Program-made: the position numbers and the translations under genes
Notes under the pieces: model-generated
The model's input: the letters and a program-made list of their open reading frames with translations, nothing else
The model's database searches: none
Told to the model about the DNA's origin: nothing
In this document: positions 1 to 9,529 of the stretch, piece by piece
How the letters are laid out: each line of letters opens with the position of its first letter
Position numbering within the stretch: the first letter of the stretch is position 1
Assembly: GCA_965208575.1 (NCBI GenBank)
Contig: CBDBOV010000004.1
Span: forward strand, 992,001 to 1,056,000
Source: Spirochaetia bacterium
GTDB taxonomy: Bacteria; Spirochaetota; Spirochaetia; SZUA-6; Bin103
Length of the DNA stretch: 64,000 nt
Reading direction: 5' to 3'

Positions 1-725
1 ATCGTCTTGTGCAGGTCGCGCTGCAGGCGAACCAGCTCATCCTGCATGTCGCGCCGGATCAGCGGATCGAGCGCGCTGAACGGTTCGTCCATCAGCAGGA
101 TCTCGGGATCGGTGCACAACGCCCGCGCCAGGCCGACGCGCTGCTGCATGCCGCCCGACAACTGGCTCGGACGCATCTGCTCGTAGCCCTTCAACCCGAC
201 CACGTCGATCCACCGCCGGGCGCGTTCCCAGCGCTCCTCCTTGGCGACCCCCTGCACGCTCAGCCCGTAGGCCACGTTGCGGAGGACGTTGCGATGCGGC
301 AGCAGGCCGAAGCGCTGAAACACCATGCTCATCCTGGTCCGGCGCAGCGCCTTGACATCGGCCGCCGCCATCTCGACCACGTCGACGCCGCCGATCAGCA
401 CCTGCCCCGCCGTGGGCTCGATGAGCCGGTTCACGCAGCGTACGAAGGTGGACTTGCCGCTGCCCGACAGGCCCATCACGACGAACGTCTCCGCACCCCT
501 GATGTGCAGGTTCACGTCATGCAGGCCGACCGTGTGGCCGGTGTCGGCGAGAATCTCGTCCTTGCCGTCGCCGGCCTGCACCCGCGCCAGCACTTCCGCC
601 GGCCGCGGACCGAATATCTTGTACAGATCCCGGACTTCTATGTCGTCGGCCGGGGAATCGTCCCTGGTTGCGGCCTGCACCGCATCGCCGTCCGGGTCGC
701 TGCCGTTGACGCTCTCGGTACTCAT
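1..725 (-). CDS. proV: Glycine betaine/proline-type ABC transporter ATP-binding subunit (runs off the window start)
   Basis: Reverse strand reads MSTESV...LYKIFG...MGLSGSGKST (Walker A)...LSGGMQQRVGLARAL (ABC signature); lies downstream of the permease and binding-protein genes. Confidence 0.88.
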   Translation of the reverse strand, partial: MSTESVNGSDPDGDAVQAATRDDSPADDIEVRDLYKIFGPRPAEVLARVQAGDGKDEILADTGHTVGLHDVNLHIRGAETFVVMGLSGSGKSTFVRCVNRLIEPTAGQVLIGGVDVVEMAAADVKALRRTRMSMVFQRFGLLPHRNVLRNVAYGLSVQGVAKEERWERARRWIDVVGLKGYEQMRPSQLSGGMQQRVGLARALCTDPEILLMDEPFSALDPLIRRDMQDELVRLQRDLHKT

Positions 726-746
726 CACTGCCTCCCCGCGGCCGCC

Positions 747-1658
747 TCAGGCACGCACCGTCTTGGTCGGGTCGAGCCGGACGCCGAACGCGGCGGTGAT
801 GCGATCGAAGATGATCGCCAATGCCAGAATGGCGAGTCCCGCCTCCAGGCCCATCCCCACGTCGGCGTTGTTCAATCCGCGCAACACCTGCCGGCCGAGG
901 CCGCGCGCCCCGATCATCGAGGCGATCACCACCATCGCCAGCGCCATCATGATCGTCTGGTTGACCCCGGCCATGATGTTCGGCATCGCCAGCGGGATGC
1001 GTACGCCCCACAGAATCTGCCGTCCGGTGGCGCCGAATGCGTCGGCCGCTTCCACGGTAGCACTGTCCACCAGGCGGATGCCGAGGTCGGTCAGGCGCAC
1101 GATCGGCGGCACGGCGTACACGAAGATGGCGAAGATCGCCGCCACGTTGCCGAGACCGAAGAAGAAGATGAACGGGATCAGGTACACGAACGGTGGCACG
1201 GTCTGCATCGCGTCGAGAATCGGGTTGACCACCGAGCGCACGTACCGGTTGGTGCCCATCAGAATGCCGACCGGGACGCCGGCCGCCACCGTAATGGAGG
1301 TGGCGATGAACAGGATCGCCAGCGTGCGCATGGTCTCCTCCCACAGGTCCATCATGCCGATGAACACCAGGGCCGCGGCCAGGGCAAGCGCCAGCGTGCG
1401 GTTGCGCGACGCGCGCCACGCAATCAGGCAGATGATCGCTATCACCAGCCACCAGGGCAGCCGCACCAGGGTCGTCTCCACCTGGCGCAGAATTATCAGC
1501 ATCAGGCTGTTCAGGGTGTCGAACGCGGAGCCGAAGTTCTGCACCAGAAACTTCAGGGCATCGTTGGTCCACTCGCGGAGCGGGATCTGGCACCCCTCCG
1601 GGAATGCCGTCAGAACCCGGCCGAAGCTACCCGCACATTCCTGCAACCAGCTCTTCAT
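747..1658 (-). CDS. proW: Glycine betaine/proline ABC transporter permease
   Basis: ILDAMQTVPPFVYLIP, EAADAFGAT (EAA motif), NQTIMMALAMVVIASMIGA. Confidence 0.9.
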   Translation of the reverse strand: MKSWLQECAGSFGRVLTAFPEGCQIPLREWTNDALKFLVQNFGSAFDTLNSLMLIILRQVETTLVRLPWWLVIAIICLIAWRASRNRTLALALAAALVFIGMMDLWEETMRTLAILFIATSITVAAGVPVGILMGTNRYVRSVVNPILDAMQTVPPFVYLIPFIFFFGLGNVAAIFAIFVYAVPPIVRLTDLGIRLVDSATVEAADAFGATGRQILWGVRIPLAMPNIMAGVNQTIMMALAMVVIASMIGARGLGRQVLRGLNNADVGMGLEAGLAILALAIIFDRITAAFGVRLDPTKTVRA

Positions 1659-1781
1659 GAATCGCGGTCCCTCGTCCGTGGGATCGGGGACGATAGCGGT
1701 CCGAACGGTGCGGGGGCACCGCTACCGGTACCCCCGCGTCTGCGCTCGCCGGGCGACATGACAGCGCCCGCGCGCGCCGGC

Positions 1782-2852
1782 TTAACCGTCGAGTGCCGCC
1801 TGGACGCGGCTGGCCACCTCGTCGGATACCCAGGCGGTCCACACGGTCTCGTTGCGCAGAAACTCGCGCGCGACGTCGGCCCACTCCGCATCCATCTCGC
1901 TCTGCTTCGCCAGGTACGCACTGACCATCATCTGGTCGACCTCGTACGCGCGCAGCATCTCGACCATCTCCTCCGAAGCGGCGTCGGCAAACGGCTTGCT
2001 TACGGCGACGTTGACGATCGACGGGGGAAACGCGCAGCCGCGGTCTCCATCCCAGCACTCCTGCGTCCACTCCGGTTCCTCAAGTGGGATCATCACGTAC
2101 GTGCCCAGCAGCGAAGTGGGACCCCAGTAGTAGCCGAGCCACGCTTCGCCCTTCTCGTAGGCGGCCGCGATCGACGCATCCAGTGCCGGCGCCGCACCGG
2201 GGCGGAAGTTGGTGAAGTGCCCCTCGAGGCCGTACGCGGCCATCTTCTGGTTGTTGGTCAGTTCGCACTGCCAGCCGATGATGCAGTTGTAGTAGCGGCC
2301 CATGTCGGGCTGCTCGGGATCCTGGAACAACTGAGCGTACTTCGGCAGATCGGACACCGACTTCAGGTCCGGCGCCATCGGCGCGATGCCGCGTTCGGCG
2401 TCGCCCTCGATCACGTAGCGCGGCACCAGGAACGACATCTCGGCGGCCTTCATGTTCAGGCCCAGGTCGAGCACGTCACCGCTGGCCGCGGACTCGTGGT
2501 AAATCTCCGGAGCGGTGTTGAACCAGATCTCCATGTTGATGTCGATGTCGCCGCGCACCAGGCCCTGCACCATCGGGATGGTCGATCCAGGAATGTCCGT
2601 GTAGGAGCATCCGAAACCGTTCTGCAGAATCTGCCCGGCGATGTGGTTGTGCAACTGCGCACTAGCCCAGTCCAGCCCGGCGAACACGAGATCACGCGAG
2701 ATGCCGTTACAGGCATCGCCCTCCTCCTGGGCCGCCTCGGCAACCGCGAACGGAGCGGCCAGCGCCAACGCCAGGGCGCCGACCAGGAACCGAATCGATT
2801 TCTTTGCCAACAAAGAACCGGAGCCGTCTATCGACTCTTTGTGAATACACAT
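1782..2852 (-). CDS. proX: Glycine betaine ABC transporter substrate-binding protein
   Basis: Signal peptide; DWASAQ, CIIGWQC and YYWGPT motifs typical of OpuAC/ProX; operon context. Confidence 0.85.
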   Translation of the reverse strand: MCIHKESIDGSGSLLAKKSIRFLVGALALALAAPFAVAEAAQEEGDACNGISRDLVFAGLDWASAQLHNHIAGQILQNGFGCSYTDIPGSTIPMVQGLVRGDIDINMEIWFNTAPEIYHESAASGDVLDLGLNMKAAEMSFLVPRYVIEGDAERGIAPMAPDLKSVSDLPKYAQLFQDPEQPDMGRYYNCIIGWQCELTNNQKMAAYGLEGHFTNFRPGAAPALDASIAAAYEKGEAWLGYYWGPTSLLGTYVMIPLEEPEWTQECWDGDRGCAFPPSIVNVAVSKPFADAASEEMVEMLRAYEVDQMMVSAYLAKQSEMDAEWADVAREFLRNETVWTAWVSDEVASRVQAALDG

Positions 2853-2876
2853 AGGTGATGAAGACTAGCACGGCGG

Positions 2877-4826
2877 ATGGCGCCTGTCAACGACGTGCGC
2901 CCGGCAGCCGATAAACGTTACGTGAGCAGTGCCGCGGACATGCCCTCGCCGGAGGCGGCCGGACGCGACCTGACCGCCCGGCGCCTGGTTCTGTTCGTGT
3001 CGTTTCTCGTGCTCTGCATGGCGGCGCTGATATTCCGCTACACCACGTTCATGATCGTCGACGGCCATCCGTCCGGCGATCCGGTGGTGCGCCTCCCGGA
3101 CGTGGAGCGCGGTCCGATCCTGGACCGCAACGGGCGCGTGCTCGCGATCACCATCGAACGCGACTCGGTCACCGCCTGGGCGCCGACGGTGACCGACCCG
3201 TCCGGGTCGGCGGCGCTGCTCGCCGACATCCTGGACCTGAACGCGCACGAGGTGCGGCGCCTGTTCGACAGCGACGGCTTCGTGTACGTCAAGCGCCACA
3301 TTGCGCCCGACCGGTCGGCCGCCATCCGGGCGGCGCGCGAGCGCGGCGAACTGCGCGGCATCGGCCTGCAGGCGGAACAGGCGCGCTTCTACCCCGAGGG
3401 GAAGCTGGCCGCCCACGTACTGGGCTTCGTCGGGGTGGACAACGTGGGGCTGGAGGGCATCGAGAACACGTTCAACCACGTGCTCGCGCCCGATACCATC
3501 GCCCCTGGGGGCACCGAGGTGTTCGGTAACCAGGTGTTCCTCACCCTGGACGTCAACGTCCAGCACGGCATGGAGCAACTCGCCGCGGACGCCCGCGCCG
3601 AGCACGACGCCGATGCCGTGTACATCGTGGTGGCGGCGGCCGATTCCGGCGAGATTCTCGCCTACGCCGCGCAGCCCTCGTTCGATCCGAATGCCTACGC
3701 GGAGGTGCCGAAGGAACGGTGGCGCAATGCGATCGCCACCATGCCCTACGAACCGGGCTCGGTGTTCAAGATATTCACCATGGCCAGCCTGCTGCAGAGC
3801 GGGGCCATCACCCCCTCCATGACGTTTCCCAGTCCCGGCTACTACCGGCGCAGGCTACCGGGCGGCGGCACCATCCGTATCGGCGACCTCGGCGTGTACG
3901 GCGACCTGGATGCCGAGAACATCCTGCGCTATTCGAGCAACGCGGGTACCGCACATGCATCGGACCGGATCGATGCCGACACATTTCACCACATGCTGCG
4001 CACGTTCGGCTTCGGAGCGTCCACCGGGTCGCCGTTCCCGGGCGAGAGCCCGGGGATCCTGCGCGACCCCGCCGAGTGGTCGTTGCGCACCAAGCCTACC
4101 CTCGCCATCGGACAGGAGATCTCGGTGACCGCGCTGCAGGTGATGCAGGGCGCCTCCGCGTTTGCCAACGGCGGCGTCATGCTGCGGCCGCTCCTGGTGC
4201 GCGAGGTGGTCGCCGCCGACGGTACGGTGGTCAAGCCGTTCGCCCCCGATCCGGTGCGCCGGGTGGTCGACCCGGAGGTCGCGGGACGGGTGCTCGCCAT
4301 GATGGAGACGGTTGCTACCAAGGGCACCGGCCGCCTGGCCCAGCTCAAGGGCTATCGCATCGCCACCAAGACCGGCACCGCGCAGGTATTCGACCCCGTA
4401 TCCGGCGCCTACTCGGATGAGCACCTGATCGCGTCGATCCTCGGCATCCTGCCCGCCGGCGACCCGCGCTTCCTCGCCTACGTCGTCATTCAGCATCCGA
4501 AGGGGGCGCAGCGCTACGGCGGCCTGATCGCCGCGCCGCTGCTGAAAAAGGTAGCCGGCTTTCTCACCACCTATTACCGCATGCCACCGGACGACGCGGA
4601 TCCGCTGCCGCATCCCGCGCACATCGTGGTGTCCGCCGCCCCGCACCTCGCCGTCAGCGATGCGATTCCCGACCTCGCCGGACTGCCGCTGCGCCGTCTG
4701 CTGCCGCTGTTCGAGCGATCCGACGTGAAGGTCGCGCTGCACGGCTCCGGTTACGTGACCCGCCAGGATCCCGCGCCCGGGTCGCCGCTCACCGCCGGCT
4801 CCACCCTGCACGTCTGGCTGCGCTGA
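2877..4826 (+). CDS. Class B penicillin-binding protein (FtsI/PBP2-like) with a C-terminal PASTA domain
   Basis: N-terminal TM, ERGPILDRNG, RFYPEG, EPGSVFK (SxxK), SSN, KTGTAQ; C-terminal IPDLAGL...QDPAPG. Confidence 0.92.
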   Translation: MAPVNDVRPAADKRYVSSAADMPSPEAAGRDLTARRLVLFVSFLVLCMAALIFRYTTFMIVDGHPSGDPVVRLPDVERGPILDRNGRVLAITIERDSVTAWAPTVTDPSGSAALLADILDLNAHEVRRLFDSDGFVYVKRHIAPDRSAAIRAARERGELRGIGLQAEQARFYPEGKLAAHVLGFVGVDNVGLEGIENTFNHVLAPDTIAPGGTEVFGNQVFLTLDVNVQHGMEQLAADARAEHDADAVYIVVAAADSGEILAYAAQPSFDPNAYAEVPKERWRNAIATMPYEPGSVFKIFTMASLLQSGAITPSMTFPSPGYYRRRLPGGGTIRIGDLGVYGDLDAENILRYSSNAGTAHASDRIDADTFHHMLRTFGFGASTGSPFPGESPGILRDPAEWSLRTKPTLAIGQEISVTALQVMQGASAFANGGVMLRPLLVREVVAADGTVVKPFAPDPVRRVVDPEVAGRVLAMMETVATKGTGRLAQLKGYRIATKTGTAQVFDPVSGAYSDEHLIASILGILPAGDPRFLAYVVIQHPKGAQRYGGLIAAPLLKKVAGFLTTYYRMPPDDADPLPHPAHIVVSAAPHLAVSDAIPDLAGLPLRRLLPLFERSDVKVALHGSGYVTRQDPAPGSPLTAGSTLHVWLR

Positions 4827-4887
4827 CCGAGCGCTGACCGTCCGCTCCTTGTGTTTCCGCCGTCCAATGGCTAACTTTGCGCCTGCG

Positions 4888-6399
4888 ATGAGCAAGGCAG
4901 CAGCCCGAACCGCCATATCCCCGACTCGCGCCCAGAACTACCCCGAGTGGTATCAGCAGGTGGTGCGGGCCGCCGACCTGGCCGAGCTGTCTCCGGTACG
5001 CGGCTGCATGGTAATCAAGCCGTGGGGCTACGCGCTGTGGGAGAACATGCAGCGTGCGCTCGACGGCATGTTCAAGGCCACCGGCCACAGCAACGCCTAC
5101 TTCCCGCTGTTCATTCCGTTGCGCTACCTGGAGCGCGAGGCGGAACACGTGGAGGGGTTCGCCAAGGAGTGCGCGGTGGTCACTCACCACCGGCTGGAGC
5201 CGGGTGCGGATGGCAGGCTGGTGCCGGCCGGCAAGCTGGACGAGCCGTACGTGGTGCGTCCCACCAGCGAAACCATCATTGGCGAGATGTACTCCAAGTG
5301 GGTGCAGTCCTACCGGGACCTGCCGATCCTGATCAACCAGTGGGCCAACGTGGTGCGCTGGGAGTTGCGCCCGCGCCTGTTCCTGCGCACCGCGGAGTTC
5401 CTGTGGCAGGAGGGCCACACCGTGCACGCCACCGCCGAGGAGGCGCACGAAGAGACGCTGCGCATGCTCGGGGTGTACGCGGACTTTGCGGAAAACCACA
5501 TGGCGATGCCGGTGCTGCGCGGCGAAAAGAGCGCCGGCGAGCGCTTTCCCGGCGCCGAGAATACCTACACCATCGAGGCGATGATGCAGGACCGCAAGGC
5601 GCTGCAGGCCGGCACCTCGCACTTCCTCGGACAGAACTTCGCGCGCGCCTGCAATATCACGTTCAGTGACCGGGACGGCGCGATCGCCCATGCCTGGACC
5701 ACCTCCTGGGGCGTGTCGACGCGCCTGGTGGGCGGGCTGATCATGACGCACGGCGACGACGACGGCGTGCTGCTGCCGCCGCGCCTCGCCCCGCAGCACG
5801 CGGTAATCCTGCCCATCTACAAGGACGACGCGCAGCGCACCGCGGTGCTCCAATTCTGCCGCGGCCTGGAACGGCGGCTGCGCGACACGCGCTACGCCCA
5901 CGAGCCGTTGCGCGTCACCGTCGACGACCGCGACCTGCGCGGCGGCGAAAAGAACTGGCACCATATCAAGCGCGGCGTGCCGCTGCGCATCGAGGTGGGG
6001 CCGCGCGACCTCGCCGCCGGCACCGTTTCGGTGGCCCGCCGCGACCGCCCGCCGCGCGAGCGCGCCGCGGTCGCCCACGAGCAACTGGCCGCCGCGGCGC
6101 CGGCGCTGCTGGCGGAGATGCAGGACGGACTGCTGCGGCGCGCGCGGCGCTTCCTGAACGACCACACCCGCCGGGTGTCGGGGCTGGCGGAGCTGGAGGA
6201 GTACTTCCGCGACGACGCGTCGGCCGGATTCGCGATCGCCCCGTTGTCCGCCGCCGCCGAGCAGGATCCCGCCTGCCGGGAGCTGTTCGGCAGGCTCAAG
6301 CTGAGCCTGCGCTGCATCCCGGACGCCGCCGACACCGGCCCCTGCATCTTTACGGGCGACGGCGGCGCGCCCGTCGCGGTGATCGCGCGCGCCTACTGA
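4888..6399 (+). CDS. proS: Proline--tRNA ligase, archaeal/eukaryotic type
   Basis: WYQQVV, RPTSET, QWANVVRWE, FLRTAEFLWQEGHT, QAGTSHFLGQNF, C-terminal ARAY; start could alternatively be 4867. Confidence 0.96.
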   Translation: MSKAAARTAISPTRAQNYPEWYQQVVRAADLAELSPVRGCMVIKPWGYALWENMQRALDGMFKATGHSNAYFPLFIPLRYLEREAEHVEGFAKECAVVTHHRLEPGADGRLVPAGKLDEPYVVRPTSETIIGEMYSKWVQSYRDLPILINQWANVVRWELRPRLFLRTAEFLWQEGHTVHATAEEAHEETLRMLGVYADFAENHMAMPVLRGEKSAGERFPGAENTYTIEAMMQDRKALQAGTSHFLGQNFARACNITFSDRDGAIAHAWTTSWGVSTRLVGGLIMTHGDDDGVLLPPRLAPQHAVILPIYKDDAQRTAVLQFCRGLERRLRDTRYAHEPLRVTVDDRDLRGGEKNWHHIKRGVPLRIEVGPRDLAAGTVSVARRDRPPRERAAVAHEQLAAAAPALLAEMQDGLLRRARRFLNDHTRRVSGLAELEEYFRDDASAGFAIAPLSAAAEQDPACRELFGRLKLSLRCIPDAADTGPCIFTGDGGAPVAVIARAY

Positions 6400-6427
6400 A
6401 GCTACCGGCCGCCCGCAGTGCGCAGTA

Positions 6428-6469
6428 CCGCGGCGCCATCGGCCGGCGCCCTGGTCGATGGCGCCGCGG
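6428..6469. terminator. GC-rich hairpin after proS (possible terminator or processing stem)
   Basis: Perfect 14-bp inverted repeat ccgcggcgccatcg / cgatggcgccgcgg; no U-tract. Confidence 0.4.
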
Positions 6470-6488
6470 CCGCGGTATGCTTGCAGAC

Positions 6489-6695
6489 ATGCCGATCAAC
6501 ATAACCGTCATCGCCATTCTGATCGTGGTGGCGGCGCTGCTCGCCTACATGCTGGCAGTGCTCGGCCAGCCGCTGCTCAAGCTGACGCGTGCCGGCGGCG
6601 CGCTGGCCGCCGGCCGCGGCGTGCTGCTCGGCGTGCTCCTGGTGGCCGAGCTGGCCGTGGTCATCGCACTCACCGTGGTGGTGGCGCGGCTGTAG
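6489..6695 (+). CDS. Small two-TM membrane protein
   Basis: Two hydrophobic helices, GC-type codon usage, TATGCT -10 box 7 nt upstream of the ATG. Confidence 0.6.
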   Translation: MPINITVIAILIVVAALLAYMLAVLGQPLLKLTRAGGALAAGRGVLLGVLLVAELAVVIALTVVVARL

Positions 6696-6761
6696 CGCCA
6701 CGTCCGGCCCGGCGACTGCCACGCAGGCCCAGGGGTTCGCGGCCCTGCCCGTCCACCGAGG

Positions 6762-7934
6762 TCAGCGCTGCGGATTGGTGATCCGGTAGAGCGCGCCGTC
6801 GGATTCGTCGGTCAGCACCCAGAGGGCGCCGTCCGGCCCCTGGCGAACGTCGCGCACACGCTCCGCCAGCCGGTCCAGGAGCACCTCCTGCTCGACCGCC
6901 TCGTCGCCGCGCAGCACGACCCGGCGCAGGTGGCGGCCCACCAGGGCGCCCACGAACAGGTCGCCGCGCCAGTTCGGAAACTCGTCGCCGGTGTAGAACG
7001 CCATCCCGGAGGGGGCGATTGACGGCGTCCAGTGCAGCAGCGGCGGTTCCATGCCGGGCGCCTCGGTACCGATCCCGATGCTCGGGCCCGCGTACTCGCG
7101 GCCGAAGGTCACCACCGGCCAGCCGTAGTTGGCGCCGCCGCGCAGGATGTTGATCTCGTCGCCGCCGCGCGGGCCGTGCTCGTGCACCCAGGTGGCGCCG
7201 GTGTCGGGGTGAATCGCCAGCCCCTGAATGTTGCGGTGGCCCCAGGTGAACACCTCCGGCGCGGCACCGGGGATCGCGAGGGCAACGGCGCGCGGCGACG
7301 GGCTGCCGTCCGGCCGGATGCGCAGCACCGATCCGGCGTGGTCGGCGGGATCCTGCGCCCGGTTGCGCTGGCCGCGGTCGCCGAGCCCGACCACCAGGTC
7401 GCCGTCGGCCAGAAACGCCAGCCGCGAGCCGAAGTGGCGGCCGCCGCGAGACGCCCGGTTCATGGCGAAGATGCGCCGCACCTCCAGCAGCCGGTCTCCT
7501 TCCAGCCGGGCGCGCGCCACCGCGGTGCGCAGACCGCCGTCGGCCCGCTCCGCGTAGGAGAAGTAGATCAACCGGTTGGCGGCGAAACCGGGATCGAGAA
7601 TCACGTCGAGCAGGCCGCCCTGCCCGGCCGCGGCAACCTCCGGGAGCCCGGTCACAATCGTGCGCGCGCCGTCCGCGTCGATGCGCAGCAGGCGCCCCGG
7701 GCGTTCGGTAATCAGCAGCCCGCCACCGGGCAAGAACGCCACCGCCCACGGGTGCGCGAGCCGGGTCACCACCGCCTCCACCGCGTACCCGTGTTCGCGC
7801 GACTGGTAGGTTTCCGTCTGCGCCTGCACCGCCGGTGTGCAGCCCAGCAGCATCACCAGCGACACTACCGCGGCAACCGGTGCCGCGCACCATCGACTCG
7901 TGCCACGGCGCGCACTCTGCTTACGGATTTGCAT
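6762..7934 (-). CDS. PQQ-dependent glucose/sorbosone (aldose sugar) dehydrogenase
   Basis: LAHPWAVAFLP, GQGGLLDV, HFGSRL, GHRNIQG, EHGPRGGDEIN, NYGWP, SIAPSG, RVRDVRQGPDG. Confidence 0.92.
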   Translation of the reverse strand: MQIRKQSARRGTSRWCAAPVAAVVSLVMLLGCTPAVQAQTETYQSREHGYAVEAVVTRLAHPWAVAFLPGGGLLITERPGRLLRIDADGARTIVTGLPEVAAAGQGGLLDVILDPGFAANRLIYFSYAERADGGLRTAVARARLEGDRLLEVRRIFAMNRASRGGRHFGSRLAFLADGDLVVGLGDRGQRNRAQDPADHAGSVLRIRPDGSPSPRAVALAIPGAAPEVFTWGHRNIQGLAIHPDTGATWVHEHGPRGGDEINILRGGANYGWPVVTFGREYAGPSIGIGTEAPGMEPPLLHWTPSIAPSGMAFYTGDEFPNWRGDLFVGALVGRHLRRVVLRGDEAVEQEVLLDRLAERVRDVRQGPDGALWVLTDESDGALYRITNPQR

Positions 7935-7981
7935 ACCCGGTCATTGATACCGCGCCGCGACCCGCCTTGTCATGCGATCGC

Positions 7982-8017
7982 CGTGGTCATCGTGGTCATC
8001 GTGGTCATCGTTGTCGT
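7982..8017. repeat. 9-bp tandem repeat (cgtggtcat x3 plus one degenerate copy)
   Basis: Seen directly in the divergent intergenic region. Confidence 0.75.
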
Positions 8018-8146
8018 GCGAGCGCGGTGGCCGTGCCGGCGTGCCGCACGCAGGCGAGCGCCTCGGCGCCCGGCCACACGACGGGCGGCTTGCGCAGTTG
8101 GCGTGCGCCGGCGGGTGCGGTAGCATCGCCGCCATGAGTGACTGCC

Positions 8147-8659
8147 ATGAGTGAAGGTGCGGCCCGCAGCGCCGCCGATGCGATTCGCTTCATAGCCGGG
8201 GAGTTCACCCTCAACCGGCGCCTCGCCGAGCGCGCCGTGGCTCAGATGCCGCCGGAGGAGTTGGGCTGGCTGCCCGACGAGCACTCCAACAGCGTCGCCA
8301 TGCTGATGAAGCACGTCGGCGGCAACCTGCGCTCCCGGTTCACGGACTTCCTGACCACCGACGGCGAGAAGCCTGGCCGTGACCGCGACGCCGAATTCCG
8401 CAACGACGTGGTGGACCATGACACCGTGCTCGCGCTGTGGACCGCCGGCTGGGAGTGCGTCGAGGCAACCCTCGCCACGCTCAGCCCGGCCGAGCTGAAC
8501 CGCGAGATCACGATCCGCGGCGAGCCGCACACCGCCCTGCAGGCGTTGCTGCGAGCGATGGCCCATGCCGCCTACCACTGCGGTCAGATCGTGGCACTGG
8601 CACGCATGCGCAGCGCGCACTGGAGCACACTGACCCTGCCCAGAACCAGCCCGCCGTGA
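8147..8659 (+). CDS. DinB/DUF1572-family protein
   Basis: NSVAMLMKHVGGNLRSRFTDFLTTDGEKPGRDRDAEF, HAAYHCGQIV. Confidence 0.88.
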   Translation: MSEGAARSAADAIRFIAGEFTLNRRLAERAVAQMPPEELGWLPDEHSNSVAMLMKHVGGNLRSRFTDFLTTDGEKPGRDRDAEFRNDVVDHDTVLALWTAGWECVEATLATLSPAELNREITIRGEPHTALQALLRAMAHAAYHCGQIVALARMRSAHWSTLTLPRTSPP

Positions 8660-8696
8660 CGCTGACCCACGCCGCAACGGCGCAACTACGCCGCAA

Positions 8697-9458
8697 CTAC
8701 ACCGCGACGGCACGCACCCGCAAACGCACGTAGTCGACCGTCCAGGCGGCGGCGGCATCGCGCAGCCGCGGCGCCGCCGCCGCCGACACCTCGGCCGTGA
8801 TCTCGTTCCAGGCAGGGCGGTCGAGATCGGCCCGCCACGCGACCGCGAACAGTTCCAGCCACTCGGCGAGCGTCCCCGGGATCGGCGTCGGGCGTTCGAA
8901 CAGTCTGGCGGAGGTCACCGCGAACCCGCCGCGCTCCAGCAGGGCGCAGTACGACTGGGCGCTCGGAAAGTACCAGGGGTCGCGCGCCGCCGGATCCAGT
9001 CCGCGGCGCCGGCAGGCGGCGCGCAGCGCGCGGTGCACGGTGGCGATGTTGCCGGCGCCGCCGAGTTCGGCCACGAAACAACCGCCGGCGCGCAGCAGGC
9101 GACGCGCCCCGGCAATCACCGGCGCCGGCTCCAGAATCCAGTGCAGCACCGCGTTGGAGAACACGCCGTCGAAGCTGCCCGCCGCCAGCCCCGTCTCCGC
9201 AAGGCGGCGGGCGTCCGCCACCCGCGCGGCCACGCCGCGCCGCCGCGCCGCCGCCACGAACGCCTCGCTGCGGTCCACGCCGATCACCCGGCAGCCGCGC
9301 GCGGCCAACTCCATCGTGAGTGCGCCGTCGCCGCAGCCAAGGTCGAGGATCCGGTCGCCGCGGACCGGATCGAGCAGATCGATCAGGCCGCGCCCGAGTT
9401 CCGGTACGTAGGAGGCACAGCGCCGATACCGCGCCGGTTGCCAGCACTGGTTCGCCAC
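8697..9458 (-). CDS. Class I SAM-dependent methyltransferase (trans-aconitate methyltransferase-like)
   Basis: RILDLGCGDG, FDGVFSNAVLHWI, DYVRLRV; GTG start inferred. Confidence 0.88.
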   Translation of the reverse strand: MANQCWQPARYRRCASYVPELGRGLIDLLDPVRGDRILDLGCGDGALTMELAARGCRVIGVDRSEAFVAAARRRGVAARVADARRLAETGLAAGSFDGVFSNAVLHWILEPAPVIAGARRLLRAGGCFVAELGGAGNIATVHRALRAACRRRGLDPAARDPWYFPSAQSYCALLERGGFAVTSARLFERPTPIPGTLAEWLELFAVAWRADLDRPAWNEITAEVSAAAAPRLRDAAAAWTVDYVRLRVRAVAV

Positions 9459-9529
9459 GCATCCGATAGTATCTCGCGGCGCCGCGGGGATGGTATACGG
9501 CGGCGAGTGTTGATAGGGTGCCACGTGAC

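Noticed and set aside
9-2858. 949-aa plus-strand ORF and many similar long antisense or alternate-frame ORFs across the window
   Set aside because: Shadow ORFs of GC-rich genes; no motifs, and they overlap well-supported genes on the other strand or frame.
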